64,000 nt of DNA from an uncultured Phycisphaerales bacterium (GCA_963844715.1 CAWJPJ010000007.1:576001-640000); one strand, 5' to 3'. Positions 34,177 to 45,141 are shown, counted from the first letter of the stretch. Notes: a model not told the origin generated them from the sequence alone. Program-made: numbers and translations.

Positions 34177-35196
34177 TTATAGGGTTGGGCCTATCGGCTG
34201 GCCACTGATTTTGGCGATGAGCTGCCTCATATCTTCTGGAATCGGCGCTTGTAACGTCATGGGTTTAAGAGTTCCAGGGTGAACAAAAGTGATTTCGTAG
34301 GCGTGCAGAGCCTGTCTTTCGAAGCGAAAACCGGGGGCTTCGTAGATTTTACCCCCATAAATCATGTCGCCGACGATCGGATAGCCCAGCGCCGACATAT
34401 GAACGCGTAACTGATGGGTCCGGCCCGTCTTGGGGGATAGCTTGAGCAGGGTATATGCGCCCGGTTGCGAACTGAGCACCTGCTTGACTTCATACTGCGT
34501 CACCGCCGGGCGGCCGCCGTTCGACTCTTTTCGCACCGCCTGCTTCTCGCGCACATATCGGTCTCTTCCAATCGGCAGGTCGATCACATCCGCCAGCAAC
34601 TCCGGCACACCGTGAATTACCGCCATATACGTCTTTTGAATCGTGCGATTTTCAAACTGGCGTGCCAATCGCCAATGTGCCTCGTCGCTCTTGGCGACCA
34701 GCATGACGCCGGTCGTATTCCGATCCAGCCGATGCAGAATTCCCGGCCGCCAGTCCCCGTTCACCTGGCTCCATTTTTCCCCGTAGTAAACCAGCCCATT
34801 GACGAGCGTCCCGCTCCATTTCCCTCGCGCCGGGTGGACGATCAAATCCGCCTGCTTGTTCAGCGCCAGAAAATGTTCGTCCTCGTAAATGATGTCCAGC
34901 GGAATGGGTTCCGGGACCAGGTCGTTGACCGGCTCGGGCGGGGCGACCATCCGTACCAGGTCGTCGGCCTTGATGTGATAGCTTGCCTTGGTGACCTTGC
35001 CGTTGACGGTCACCAGTTCCTCGTCGATCAGACGCTGCACCGCCGATCGAGAGAGCCACGTCAGCCGTTCCGAAAGAAACTGGTCGATTCGCCTGGTTTG
35101 GGTCTTCGAGGCGCGAAATTCGAAATGCAGAACATCCGCTTCCTCGCCCTCGGAGTCGTCGCCTGGCGCGGACGGGATATCGGGATCGCTGCTCAC
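34177..35196 (-). CDS. RluA/RluD-family pseudouridine synthase with S4 domain
   Basis: RIDQFL, NKQADLIVHP, ILHRLDRNTTG, TGRTHQLRVH and RQALHA. Confidence 0.93.
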   Translation of the reverse strand: MSSDPDIPSAPGDDSEGEEADVLHFEFRASKTQTRRIDQFLSERLTWLSRSAVQRLIDEELVTVNGKVTKASYHIKADDLVRMVAPPEPVNDLVPEPIPLDIIYEDEHFLALNKQADLIVHPARGKWSGTLVNGLVYYGEKWSQVNGDWRPGILHRLDRNTTGVMLVAKSDEAHWRLARQFENRTIQKTYMAVIHGVPELLADVIDLPIGRDRYVREKQAVRKESNGGRPAVTQYEVKQVLSSQPGAYTLLKLSPKTGRTHQLRVHMSALGYPIVGDMIYGGKIYEAPGFRFERQALHAYEITFVHPGTLKPMTLQAPIPEDMRQLIAKISGQPIGPTL

Positions 35197-35218
35197 GATA
35201 TTGTATTTTACCCCGGAT

Positions 35219-36019
35219 TTACCGGGCGGTGGGGCGAACGGCCGAGCCCAGGGGCGCGGGCCGCGTCGCCCCCATGGGCGGCACGTTAATCGCCGGCGGG
35301 TGCTGCAATTTGGCGATCAATTCCAAACGGGTATTGGCGTAACCCTTGTATGCCTGCGTAGCGTTCGGATCGTCGATAACCGCTTGATATTGCTGCTTGG
35401 CGACATCCCACTGCGACGAATCGGGCGTCGAGCCCGAGACGGCCTGATCCTCCGCGACAGCCGCCAATCCGAAACGCGCCGCGGTCGCCGCGTATGTATT
35501 ATCTGAATAATCCGAAAGCACCTGGGAATAGGCGCCCTGAGCATTGCTGAGCAGCTCGAGCGTTCCCAGCTCCGGCTTGAGCGATGGACGCGTCGCCGAC
35601 CCGGGAAGGTCCGGCATGTCAGCCAGGGCGAAGTTCAAATCGCCCTTGTAAAGCAGCGCCTGGGCTCGCAGCGCCGGATCGGTGCCGCCCGCTTCATCCA
35701 GCGCGGTGTCGCAGTGTTGCAGGCCGTCCGTATACCAAAGACTCCGCTGCTGGGCGGCCCCTTCTTCCTGGCCCGGGGGAACCACCGATAGATTCTCGAG
35801 CTGGCGGAGGCTGACCATCGCCTCGGTCAAATTCAGCCGCGCATCCTCCAATCGCTGAGCCGCCGAGTTGCTTCGATATTTCAGCCAGATAATCAGCAGT
35901 GAAATGGCGATCACGACGATTGCGATGCGCGAACCGTGTCTCCGGGCAAATGCCGGGAGGTCGTAAACCGCTTGGATAAGACTGTTTTGCTGCAGCTCAT
36001 GCCGCCGCTCTGATTTCAT
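35219..36019 (-). CDS. Membrane-anchored TPR-like (YfgM-like) protein
   Basis: MKSERRHELQQNSL, a single TM segment and a helical repeat-like C-terminus. Confidence 0.6.
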   Translation of the reverse strand: MKSERRHELQQNSLIQAVYDLPAFARRHGSRIAIVVIAISLLIIWLKYRSNSAAQRLEDARLNLTEAMVSLRQLENLSVVPPGQEEGAAQQRSLWYTDGLQHCDTALDEAGGTDPALRAQALLYKGDLNFALADMPDLPGSATRPSLKPELGTLELLSNAQGAYSQVLSDYSDNTYAATAARFGLAAVAEDQAVSGSTPDSSQWDVAKQQYQAVIDDPNATQAYKGYANTRLELIAKLQHPPAINVPPMGATRPAPLGSAVRPTAR

Positions 36020-36082
36020 GGGATGCGGAAGTGTAATGAGCCCCCAGTAACAAAGCAATTCAGAGCGCTTCAGGCCGCCCGA

Positions 36083-37918
36083 TCAAACCAGGGCATCTTC
36101 GCTGGACCGCATAAACCGCGAGAACCAGGCATTCCGCTCGATCAGGTCTCGCACCGCCCCGTGATCCATCACGCGCCCCTGTTCGAGGATATAAACCACG
36201 TCCGCCTGCCCAATCAGGCTGGGCCGATGGCTCGTCAGGACGGTTGTTCGACCGGCCATCAGGCGATCCAGCGCCGCGATGATGGTCGCCTCGCTATCCG
36301 GTTCGACGCTGCTGGTCGGCTCATCCAGAAGCAGCAGGGTTGGATTGGCCAAATACGCCCGGGCGATGCTGATGCGCTGTTTTTGCCCGCCGCTTAGGCG
36401 CACGCCGCGCTCGCCCACCTTGGTGTCGTAGCCATTGGGCAGACGTGCGATGAATTCATGCGCGTTCGCCGCCGTCGCAGCGGCGATCACCTGTTCCATC
36501 GTCGCTTCGGAATGACCGTACCGGATGTTGTCCAGAACGCTGTCATTGAAGAGAAAGCTCTCCTGCTGCACCAGTGCGACATGCCGGCGGAAGCTCTCTC
36601 GCTTCACCGAACGGATGTCCCGCCCATCCAGCAGGACTTCTCCCTCAGTCGGATCATAAAACCGAAGCAGCAGATTCAATATCGTGCTCTTTCCCGATCC
36701 GCTCGGACCGCAAAGGGCCACCGTGTTCCCCGGCTCGATGCGAACGTCGACATTATGCAGCACGATCGGCTGTAATTTGTCCGGCGAATCCCCCGGATAT
36801 CGGAACGAAACATTTCTCACATGCATCGCCCCTCGCACCTGTTCGATGGCTATCGCGTCCGGCGCATCGGGCAATTCCTCCGGCGCATCCAGCACTTCAA
36901 ACACGCGCCCGCCCGCCGCCCGAGCGCGCTGGACAAGATCGCTTAGCCGCGCCAAAGTCTGGACGGGGCCGAATAATCGCCACCAGTACGCACGGAAGAT
37001 AATGAGCGTTCCGATCGTGAATCGTCCATGCGGATAACGCAAAAGCAGGTATCCGCCCACCCCGATCATGAAAACATTGCTGAAAAACCCCACCGCGTTT
37101 GTGAAGGGGAAGAATAGATTCCTCGCGGTGATGGCGCGGAGTTGCTGGCGGTAATAGGAGAGCGTCGTGGCCTGAAACCGCTGCGCCTCCTGCTGCTCGC
37201 GGTTGAAGATTTTGATCACGGTCACGCCGGATAGATTTTCCTGAAGCCGGTTGGTGACATCGCCCGCCGCCTGCCGCGCCGCCGTGTAGATCGGCCGCAC
37301 TTTCGCGTTGAAATATCGAAGCATGAAATAGACGATGAGCAGCGGCGCGAGCGAAGACCCCGCCACTTGCCAGCTCATGTAGAGGACGATCGCGACTGTC
37401 GCAAGCCAAAGACCGCCGTCTCCGATGATCAGGTCGATCGAATTGACCACGAAGTTCTGAAGCTCATCGACGTCCCCCATGGCCCGGCTGATCATGTCGC
37501 CGCTCCTTTGCCGCTGCAAATATCCCAGGCTTTGGGATTGCAGCTTGTGATAAACCAGATTTCGAAGCCGATAGACAAATTTCTGCGCCGACCGCTGGAG
37601 GATCACCGTGCTGATCGTGCTGGCCGTAAGGCTGAAGACATAGACCACAAACATCAACACGACGGACGAAATCAGGAGCCAGTACAAATCCGTGATTCGT
37701 CCATGCAGGGAGATGACCCACGCCAGCACGCTTCTCCCCGCGGTGTGCTTGACGATCAATTCGTCGACGATGTATCCCCAGATAAAGGCCGGAAACAGTT
37801 CGCCCGGCATGGACACAATCAGCAGGACCAGGGCCGCCCCGATCCACGACCACTCCGGGCGGAGCATCCCGCAAAGGCGGCGAAAAACCACACTGCCGGT
37901 GGGGGTCGTTTCCTTCAT
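36083..37918 (-). CDS. ABC exporter, fused permease + ATPase (MsbA-like family)
   Basis: About 6 TM segments, GPSGSGKST, LSGGQKQR, LLLDEPTS and SHR. Confidence 0.92.
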   Translation of the reverse strand: MKETTPTGSVVFRRLCGMLRPEWSWIGAALVLLIVSMPGELFPAFIWGYIVDELIVKHTAGRSVLAWVISLHGRITDLYWLLISSVVLMFVVYVFSLTASTISTVILQRSAQKFVYRLRNLVYHKLQSQSLGYLQRQRSGDMISRAMGDVDELQNFVVNSIDLIIGDGGLWLATVAIVLYMSWQVAGSSLAPLLIVYFMLRYFNAKVRPIYTAARQAAGDVTNRLQENLSGVTVIKIFNREQQEAQRFQATTLSYYRQQLRAITARNLFFPFTNAVGFFSNVFMIGVGGYLLLRYPHGRFTIGTLIIFRAYWWRLFGPVQTLARLSDLVQRARAAGGRVFEVLDAPEELPDAPDAIAIEQVRGAMHVRNVSFRYPGDSPDKLQPIVLHNVDVRIEPGNTVALCGPSGSGKSTILNLLLRFYDPTEGEVLLDGRDIRSVKRESFRRHVALVQQESFLFNDSVLDNIRYGHSEATMEQVIAAATAANAHEFIARLPNGYDTKVGERGVRLSGGQKQRISIARAYLANPTLLLLDEPTSSVEPDSEATIIAALDRLMAGRTTVLTSHRPSLIGQADVVYILEQGRVMDHGAVRDLIERNAWFSRFMRSSEDALV

Positions 37919-37956
37919 TACTGGCATTCTACGCCAGAAAACGTCGATATCATGGG

Positions 37957-39450
37957 GTGCTCACCATCGCGGCTACCATTCCTGCTCGCAAGACCCGCAC
38001 GGTAAGCCCCTTTGTCGGCTTTCTCGCGATTTCGGCCCTGATAGCCCTGGTAGGAGCCGGGAAGGCGATCCTGGCGGACACCCTTGATCCGGACTGCTTT
38101 TGGCACCTGCGTGTCGCCGATGAACTGGCTCGCCAAACCTGGCCCGGCCCTCTGGTTGACGATCTTTCCTTTTCGTCGATCAGGACCCCCTGGACTCCCT
38201 ATTCATGGCTGGCCGAGCTGGCCATGAAAAAGTTATGGGACATCGGCGGGTATCGCGCCGCCGTGATCACCCAGGCGGTTATGCAATGGACCTTCCTCAT
38301 GATGATCGCCCTGGCCGCCCTCGAGGCCACGGAGCTAATCACCGGTCGGCGCAAATACCTCGCCTCGGCGATCGCTCCCTTCGCGGCGGGAATTCTTTCC
38401 CTCGCCTATTTGAGCTTCCGCCCCGTCGATATGGCGATGGTGCTTCTGGCGATCATCGTCTGGCTGCTCCTTCGAGACCGACGACTAAACCAACAATCGC
38501 GCGCCGTCTGGCTCGCGCCACTTATCACGGCGCTGATAGCCAACCTGCACTTTTATTCGCTCTTGGTTCCTCTATGGACCGGCGCCCTGCTGGTCGGGGA
38601 CGCCATCGAAAAACGCCCAGCGCGCCGCAATGGGGCATTGTTCCTGACAACGCTGGTCGGCTCTCTAATGACCCCGATGCTCCCCGGCACCTTGAAATCC
38701 GTCTGGAACTACTCCTTCCACGACGTCATGGTCACCTCGGGCCACATCGCCGAATTCGGCCCCTTCTACGGCGGACTCATGGGCCAAATCTCCCTCGTTA
38801 TCGTCTGCCTCACCCTCATCTTCGCATTCTGGAAACGATCGCAAATCCGATGGGGCGAAATCCTCTGGCTCACCGGTAGCGCCGTTCTGCTGCTAAAAAT
38901 GGGAAGAATGGCCCCGGTCTTTGCGATGATCGGCTGTCCGATTCTGTCCGCCACGATGCCCGATTTGTCCGACAGGATTCTAAAAAAGCCGCCGATCGTA
39001 ATGGGCACCGCCCTGGTGCTTCTGATCGCGTTCGGGAAATTGGTTCTTGCGCTACCGCCCGCGAATATGCCCATCTCCCGATGGCTCAATCGCAACGGTC
39101 CGGACTGTCCGTCCTATCCCTGCGGCGCGGCCGACTTTGTCGCACAGCACGTCACGTCGCATTCCGGCCGGCTCGTCTGCGAATTCAGTTGGGGCGGGTA
39201 TCTCGAGTGGCGCCTGCCAAAATATCAAATGCTGATGGACGGCCGCACCCAGGTTTTCCCGCCCGATTTCTGGCGGGCGACCTTCTTCGGGTCGCCTGAA
39301 GACCACAAGCGGATCATCCAGCAAAGCAACGCCGATGCCGCCGTGCTGCCCAAAAGGCGCAGCATGTTCGGACAAACCCTGGCCGATTTGAATTGGAAAA
39401 AGGTGTTCGAGGACGACTACGCCCAGGTCTGGCTCCCGCCAAAACCCTGA
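37957..39450 (+). CDS. Polytopic membrane protein, GT-C-like family (D-x-x-W-H-L / SWL motifs)
   Basis: DPDCFWHLRV, PYSWLAE, FRP, ANLH, IAEF and WGGYLEW...MDGRT. Confidence 0.6.
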   Translation: MLTIAATIPARKTRTVSPFVGFLAISALIALVGAGKAILADTLDPDCFWHLRVADELARQTWPGPLVDDLSFSSIRTPWTPYSWLAELAMKKLWDIGGYRAAVITQAVMQWTFLMMIALAALEATELITGRRKYLASAIAPFAAGILSLAYLSFRPVDMAMVLLAIIVWLLLRDRRLNQQSRAVWLAPLITALIANLHFYSLLVPLWTGALLVGDAIEKRPARRNGALFLTTLVGSLMTPMLPGTLKSVWNYSFHDVMVTSGHIAEFGPFYGGLMGQISLVIVCLTLIFAFWKRSQIRWGEILWLTGSAVLLLKMGRMAPVFAMIGCPILSATMPDLSDRILKKPPIVMGTALVLLIAFGKLVLALPPANMPISRWLNRNGPDCPSYPCGAADFVAQHVTSHSGRLVCEFSWGGYLEWRLPKYQMLMDGRTQVFPPDFWRATFFGSPEDHKRIIQQSNADAAVLPKRRSMFGQTLADLNWKKVFEDDYAQVWLPPKP

Positions 39451-39451
39451 A

Positions 39452-39946
39452 TTATCCCATCGACTCGGCGTATTGCGCGATGTATTGCGGCACCGGGTAG
39501 TGCTTCATCAAGAATTCCCGCAACTGCATGCGCTCGGCGATCATGAAATAAACCGGCTCGTCCAGCTTCTTGCAGGAGAAGTTCACCGCGCGCACCAAAT
39601 CCTGCGCGCTGGTCGCAACGTTCAAATTATCTTCCTCACGATTGATCGGCAGCATGTGAAACTGCCAAGCCTGCCGGCGGTTGATCTGCCGCAGGCATTG
39701 CTCGTCGATCCGCTGCTGGTTGAGGTCCACCACGCCCGCCACGCGCACGTACTGTTCCACCCAGGCGTCTTCTATTGCGCGGGGATTGATCCCGTACAAA
39801 CGCTCGGCCAGATCGCCGAACGGACGGTGCGACATCTTCTGAATTTTCAATACGTGCTGCACCTGTTCCGGTGTCAGAACGCCTTGTTCGATAAGCAGTT
39901 GACCGATTTGAATTCCAGGCACTTGAGACTCCTCCTTCTTGTCCAT
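39452..39946 (-). CDS. Stand-alone MshEN / T2SSE_N-domain protein
   Basis: QIGQLLIEQGVLTPEQVQHVLKIQ...RPFGDL, QAWQFHMLPI and LNVAT; no ATPase domain. Confidence 0.72.
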   Translation of the reverse strand: MDKKEESQVPGIQIGQLLIEQGVLTPEQVQHVLKIQKMSHRPFGDLAERLYGINPRAIEDAWVEQYVRVAGVVDLNQQRIDEQCLRQINRRQAWQFHMLPINREEDNLNVATSAQDLVRAVNFSCKKLDEPVYFMIAERMQLREFLMKHYPVPQYIAQYAESMG

Positions 39947-40042
39947 GATGTATCGGTACAAACACGGCGGCCCTCAAGTTATCGAACGCGCTATATGACC
40001 GGAAAAATCGGAACAAACTAACAGCCGGCTTGATTGCGTCTG

Positions 40043-41002
40043 CTACTTTGCCGAAGACGAAGAGGGGAACTGCTTTGGCGTGTGAGGGGGATTCCAAACC
40101 GACAGCACGGCCGAAACGTTATCCTCCAGCGGGGCATTGCCATCCAGCCAGTGCACGCCCGGAAATCTTTTGAACCATTTCATCTGCCGCCGGGCCAGCT
40201 GCCTGGTCGCGATCTTGATTTGCTCCGCCGCCTCGTGGAGATCGAGCTTCCCGTGCCAATAATCCGCCAATTCCTGGTATCCCGCCGCCACCCGCGCCGT
40301 ATCCGATAGGGCGGGATATTGCATCAGCAGATCGCGCACTTCATCCACCCACCCGGCGTCGAGCATGTCCTTCACCCGCGCGTTGATCCGCCGGTTCAGC
40401 GGCTCGCGATCCCATTTCAGCCCCACGAACACCGCCTCATGCCGCGGCGGAGCGCCGGACTCCCACTGCTGCTGTAATTCCGAGATGGGTTTTCCCGTAA
40501 GCTCGAAGACCTCGAGGGCCCGCACCAATCTTTTTCTATCCGCGGAATTAATGCGTTCCGCCGCCGCCGGATCGGCGCGGCGGAGTTGTTCGTGCAATTG
40601 CTCATCCGTCATGGCTCGTAGCCGCTTGCGAATCGTCTCATCCGCTGCCGGACCATCGAAGAGTCCGCGAAAAAGCGCCTGAAAATAAAGCGGTGTCCCC
40701 CCGCAGGCGATCAGCGGCCTGTACCGGCTCTGACAATCCGCGATCACGCGATCCGCCAGTTCCACAAATCGCGCCACACTGAACGATTCGTCCGCCCGAA
40801 CCCAGTCGATCAAATGGTGCGGAATCTCGTGCCTCTCGGCCAGCGACGGTTTGGCTGTGCCGATATCCATCCCTTGATAAACCTGCATTGAATCGACGCT
40901 GAGAATTTCCCCCCTGCATTTGCGCGCCACGGCCGTGGCCAGGGTGCTTTTCCCCGAGGCCGTTGGCCCAAGAATGACCAATAATGGATTTGTGACTGTC
41001 AT
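40043..41002 (-). CDS. miaA: tRNA dimethylallyltransferase
   Basis: GPTASGKS, SVDSMQVYQGMDIGTAKP, GGTPLY and TRQLARRQMKWF. Confidence 0.96.
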   Translation of the reverse strand: MTVTNPLLVILGPTASGKSTLATAVARKCRGEILSVDSMQVYQGMDIGTAKPSLAERHEIPHHLIDWVRADESFSVARFVELADRVIADCQSRYRPLIACGGTPLYFQALFRGLFDGPAADETIRKRLRAMTDEQLHEQLRRADPAAAERINSADRKRLVRALEVFELTGKPISELQQQWESGAPPRHEAVFVGLKWDREPLNRRINARVKDMLDAGWVDEVRDLLMQYPALSDTARVAAGYQELADYWHGKLDLHEAAEQIKIATRQLARRQMKWFKRFPGVHWLDGNAPLEDNVSAVLSVWNPPHTPKQFPSSSSAK

Positions 41003-41116
41003 TTTCGTCGGACGGACTGCCGTTTTTGCGGATGGTTCGGCCGGGACATTATTCGGCCCTCGATTGTAACTTCAAGATTCTCAATCAAGTGCGAACGAGC
41101 CCGCCCTCCCGCCGTC

Positions 41117-41132
41117 TGGCACGGAGTTTGTA
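41117..41132 (+). promoter_or_regulatory. Putative sigma54 -24/-12 promoter of hsp20
   Basis: TGGCACGGAGTTTGTA versus consensus TGGCACG-N4-TTGC; one mismatch at -12. Confidence 0.55.
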
Positions 41133-41164
41133 ATTACTATTTCCACTGAAAGGAGGTTGCTGTT

Positions 41165-41613
41165 ATGGCATTACCTACACTCGTTCGTCGTGGTTTGGAC
41201 CCTTTAGAGCTAGCCCAAAGAGAATTCGATGGCATGCTCGGACGCCTTGTCGGAGGCAGATTCTTTGATGGTGGCTCCAATGCCGCCGTCTTCCCCGTGG
41301 ACGTACGCGAAGACGCGGATCACGTCTATGTCGAGGCCGAATTACCCGGCTTCAAGAAGGAAGAGGTCAACGTTGACCTGGAAAACGGCATGTTGACCGT
41401 GTCTGCCGAACACAAGACCGAAACTCAGGAGAAGGGCGCAAGAAAGGCGATTGGCTTCTCCACGAGCGCCGCTATGACCGGTTTGCGCGGAGCTTCACGC
41501 TCCCCTCAACGGTCGATGCACAATCCGTGCAGGCGAAGCTCAATGAGGGCGTCCTTACGGTTACGCTCTCCAAGCGCGAAGAGACCAAACCGCGCAAGAT
41601 CACGGTTTCGTAA
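41165..41613 (+). CDS. Hsp20 / alpha-crystallin small heat shock protein; indel near 41438
   Basis: AGGAGG RBS and PVDVREDADHVYVEAELPG; corrected C-terminus ERRYDRFARSFTLP...LNEGVLTVTL..REETKPRKITVS. Confidence 0.92.
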
Positions 41614-41625
41614 ATCGAACGTTGT

Positions 41626-42636
41626 TCAACGTTTCCGTGGCGGCGGGCCGCGCGACCTCCATCGCGCGGCCCTTTTGTTGCGCAGCTCATTGGTCAATAA
41701 TTCATTGGTCAATGCGATCTTCGCGTTGCGTTGCAGGATCGGCAGCTTCACGCGTTTCATTGCGCTGCCGCGCAGATTCTGTCGATAATCCGTCTCGGTC
41801 CACGAAAGCACCTGGCGGAGATCGAGCGCTCCCGCCTCGAAGCGCGGCTGAAGATGCTTTTCCGTCGCCACGATTGCCTTGCTGTTCCAGGGGCAAACGT
41901 CCTGGCATATGTCGCACCCATAAATCCAATTGCCGAACTTCTCGGCGAGTTTCGGATCCACTTCCCCGCGATGCTCGATGGTCAGGTAAGAGATGCACTT
42001 TCGCGCATCGAGCCGATACGGCTCCGTTATCGCCTGCGTGGGGCACGCGTCGATGCATCTTCGGCAGGTCCCGCACCGATCCACCGCCGGCTGATCCGCC
42101 GGCAGGCGCAGCGTCGTGACGATCTCCCCCAAAAACAGCCACGATCCGATCTCCTCATTGATCAGGCAGGTGTTCTTCCCGACCCACCCCACGCCGCTGC
42201 GCGCCGCCAGGTCCTTTTCCATTAAGGGAGCGGTATCCATGCAGCACCGGGTTTGCGCATTCGGCGCGATCTCGCGCAGCCAATCCGCAAGACCATGGAG
42301 TCGATCCTTGATCCAGTCGTGGTAATCATCCCCGAGGGCATACCGCGCGATTCGCCCTTGCCCTGACTCATGCGACTCTTTCAAAGGCACGTAATAATTT
42401 ACCGCCAGGCAGATCACGCTGACGGCCTCCGGTAGATAGGTTGCCGGATCGGTCCGCTCCGAAAATCGCTCTGCCAGATACCCCATCGATCCCGCCTGGC
42501 CGTCGTCCAACCATTGCCGAAAGTAATCGCGATAGCGCGACGGCTCCGCCGGCGCGATCCCCACGCGACTAAACCCCAGATCGCGGGCTTTGGCCTTCAA
42601 TAGGCCGGCAAGTTGATACGGGTCCGACTGGCTCAT
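41626..42636 (-). CDS. queG: tRNA epoxyqueuosine reductase (cobalamin- and Fe-S-dependent)
   Basis: IARYALGDDYH, DTAPLMEK, GKNT, GSWLFLGE, CGTCRRCIDACPT, CISYLTIE and GCDICQDVCPWN. Confidence 0.95.
   Translation of the reverse strand: MSQSDPYQLAGLLKAKARDLGFSRVGIAPAEPSRYRDYFRQWLDDGQAGSMGYLAERFSERTDPATYLPEAVSVICLAVNYYVPLKESHESGQGRIARYALGDDYHDWIKDRLHGLADWLREIAPNAQTRCCMDTAPLMEKDLAARSGVGWVGKNTCLINEEIGSWLFLGEIVTTLRLPADQPAVDRCGTCRRCIDACPTQAITEPYRLDARKCISYLTIEHRGEVDPKLAEKFGNWIYGCDICQDVCPWNSKAIVATEKHLQPRFEAGALDLRQVLSWTETDYRQNLRGSAMKRVKLPILQRNAKIALTNELLTNELRNKRAARWRSRGPPPRKR
41645..41679 (+). terminator. Rho-independent terminator of hsp20, overlapping the queG 3' end
   Basis: GGGCCGCGCGA / TCGCGCGGCCC stem followed by TTTTGTT. 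Confidence 0.8.
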
Positions 42637-42683
42637 GGGAAGGATCGAATTATAGCCGTTTTTCGCGGACCAGCGGGGATTTC

Positions 42684-42713
42684 TTGACACCCCTGCGGGC
42701 GAGTCTTTAAGAT
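42684..42713 (+). promoter_or_regulatory. Sigma70-type promoter upstream of the HEAT-repeat gene
   Basis: TTGACA-N18-TAAGAT. Confidence 0.55.
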
Positions 42714-42845
42714 CGTTTCTGCTGATGTCTCACCGGGGCCGGGTAATTTGCCGCGGCCCTGTCACCGCGGAGTGAAAGAAGTCCCGGCTCGCCGGGGTTT
42801 TTGCCGTCGGACATCCTTGCCAAACTATTATCGGAGGCCGGCATC

Positions 42846-45077
42846 ATGATGCGGTTGCCTCGGATCGCGCTCGCTTTGACGATTTCTTGTCTCCTCCTCG
42901 GCCTGGTCGCGCCGGCTCTTTATGCCGACGATCAACCTTCCCTGGTCGATCAGGTCGACACCTTCTGGCATTACGGGAAAATCGCCCGTTACGATCTCGC
43001 CGCCGACGCCGGCAATCAAATTATTGCCACCAACCCCGACCCCGCCACGCTCCTGGCGGCGTTCGAAACGGTCGCACAAAACCACGGCGACCAGATCGAC
43101 CCCTGGCTGCTCCGCTGGCGGACTTTGCGTCCGCCCACGGCTGATCAGGCCAAGGATGATCCCCTCCTTACCGCTCAGCGCACCGGGATGCTGGCGATGA
43201 AGGACACCGCACAGAAAATCACCGATCTGATCAACGCCGGCTACGAAACCCGCAGGGCCAATCCCGATTTCATCCAGAACACCATCATCGAGATGAGCAA
43301 GAACGAGCGGGCGTACGAGAACAATCTCCCGCGCCTGGCCAACAGCGGCGAGCTGGCCGTCAAAGTTCTGGTGGACATTCTCCGCAATCCGGACGACCGC
43401 GAGTTTAACCCCACGGCCCGCCGCGCCCTGCGCGATCTGGGTCGCAAGGCTCTGGCCCCGCTGTTGGCGGCCACGGAGATGAAGGATTACGACACGCTTC
43501 TGGACGTCGTGTCGGCGTTGGGCGACCTCGGCTATGACGCCGCCGGGCCCTATCTCTCCCGGCTGGCGACCTCGCGCGACGTTCCGCAGGGGATACGCAT
43601 CGCCGCCCATCGGGCGCTGGGGCAACTGGGCATCAGCGACGCCGTCGCTATCGACCCGGCCCAGCAGTTCTATGCTTTGGGCGAGAAGCTTTATTACAAC
43701 AATTCGTCCCTTGTTCCCTCGGGTGAAAAGACCGCCTACATCTGGTCCTGGCAGGAAGGGATGGGCTTGACCAAGTTGGACGTCCCAACGCCGATCTTCG
43801 GCGACGTCATGGCCATGCGCGAGTGCGAATACGCCATGACGCTCGATCCGAGCAAGGGGCAGGCCGTCAGTCTCTGGCTCGACGCGAACACCAAGCGCGA
43901 AGCCGATCTTCCGCCGGGGGCAACCGATCCCACGCACGCGGGCGATCCGGACGCGCACTACTTCAACGTTTCGGCGGGTGTGCAATATCTCAACGACGCC
44001 CTGATGCGCGCCATCCGCGATCAGAACGCGCCGGTCGCGTATCGCCTGACGGCCTCCCTCCAGGAGATCATCGGCCCAAGCAATATGACCAGCAGCGGCG
44101 CCGAGCCGGTCGTTCAGGCTCTGTTCTTCCCCAATCAGCAGGTTCGCTACGAAGCGGCGTTTGCGCTGGCGGAGAGCCTGCCGAGCCAACCCTTCCCAGG
44201 CAGCGACCGCGTTGTTCCGCTCCTCGTCGGGGCGCTCGAGTCAGACCGGGCATTTAAACTTGTTGCTCGTCGCGCCGGCGGGCGATCAGCTCAACGCGCT
44301 TCGCGCGGCGCTGCAATCCGGCGGGGCGTCGGTGGTCGGCGCGTCCGATCCGACGGATGCCGCGAATGCGGCGGCCTCGCTTCCCAGCATCGACGTGATC
44401 GTAATTTCCGAGGATAGCGACGTCGGCCGCATGATCGACCTTCGGCAGACGACGGCGCAGATTGCAACCGCGCCGATCCTCGTGCTGACGCGCAGCCAGC
44501 TCAGCCCCTACGCGACGCGCGCGGCCACCGATCCGATGTTGACGGCGGCTCTCATGCCCGGCCAGAACGGCACGGCCGACGAACTCAAGAGCGATTTGGC
44601 GATGGCGATGAGCCACTCCGGCTTGCCCGCGATGACCGAAAAGCAGGCGACCGCCTACGCGAGCCGCGCCGCGCAGTTGCTGGCGAATCTGGCGCTCTGC
44701 CGGGGGCAGATTCTGGATCTCGCCCCCGCCGAACCCGGCGTGCTTGGCGCCCTGGGCGATTCGCGCCCGGACATCGCCAAAGCGGCGGGGCGAGTGCTGG
44801 CCATGATGAACACGCCGACGGCTCAATCGGGGCTGGCCGCCCGCGCCCTGGACGAGAAAACCCCGACGGACGTTCGCGTCAGTCTCTTCAAGAGCCTGGC
44901 GACGAACGCCAAATTCTTTGGGAACCGTCTAGGGCCGGTGCGGATTGCCGAGCTTGAGAAGGCGGTCGCCGACGAAAAGGACGCGGACGTGCGCGGCGCG
45001 GCGGCCGAGGCGCGCGGGCGCTGAATCTACCGGCGAGCCAGGCGCGGACGCTGATTCTTTCGCAGTCGAAGTCGTAA
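42846..45077 (+). CDS. Large exported HEAT/ARM-repeat protein with an internal receiver-like segment; indels near 44235 and 45020
   Basis: Signal peptide; helical repeats (ALRDLGRKALAPLL, VRYEAAFALA, VRGAAAEARG); LLLVAP...IDVIVI...APILVL segment; corrected end ALNLPASQARTLILSQSKS*. Confidence 0.7.
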
Positions 45078-45141
45078 AAATTTTCGGCCTTTTTGGGGGT
45101 ATAATTCTTCCGACGCGCCCGAGGTACGGAGATGCACGCCC

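Noticed and set aside
42695..42735. Fluoride riboswitch (GCTGATG...)
   Set aside because: The 5' GGCGATG-type element and the pseudoknot pairing are missing.
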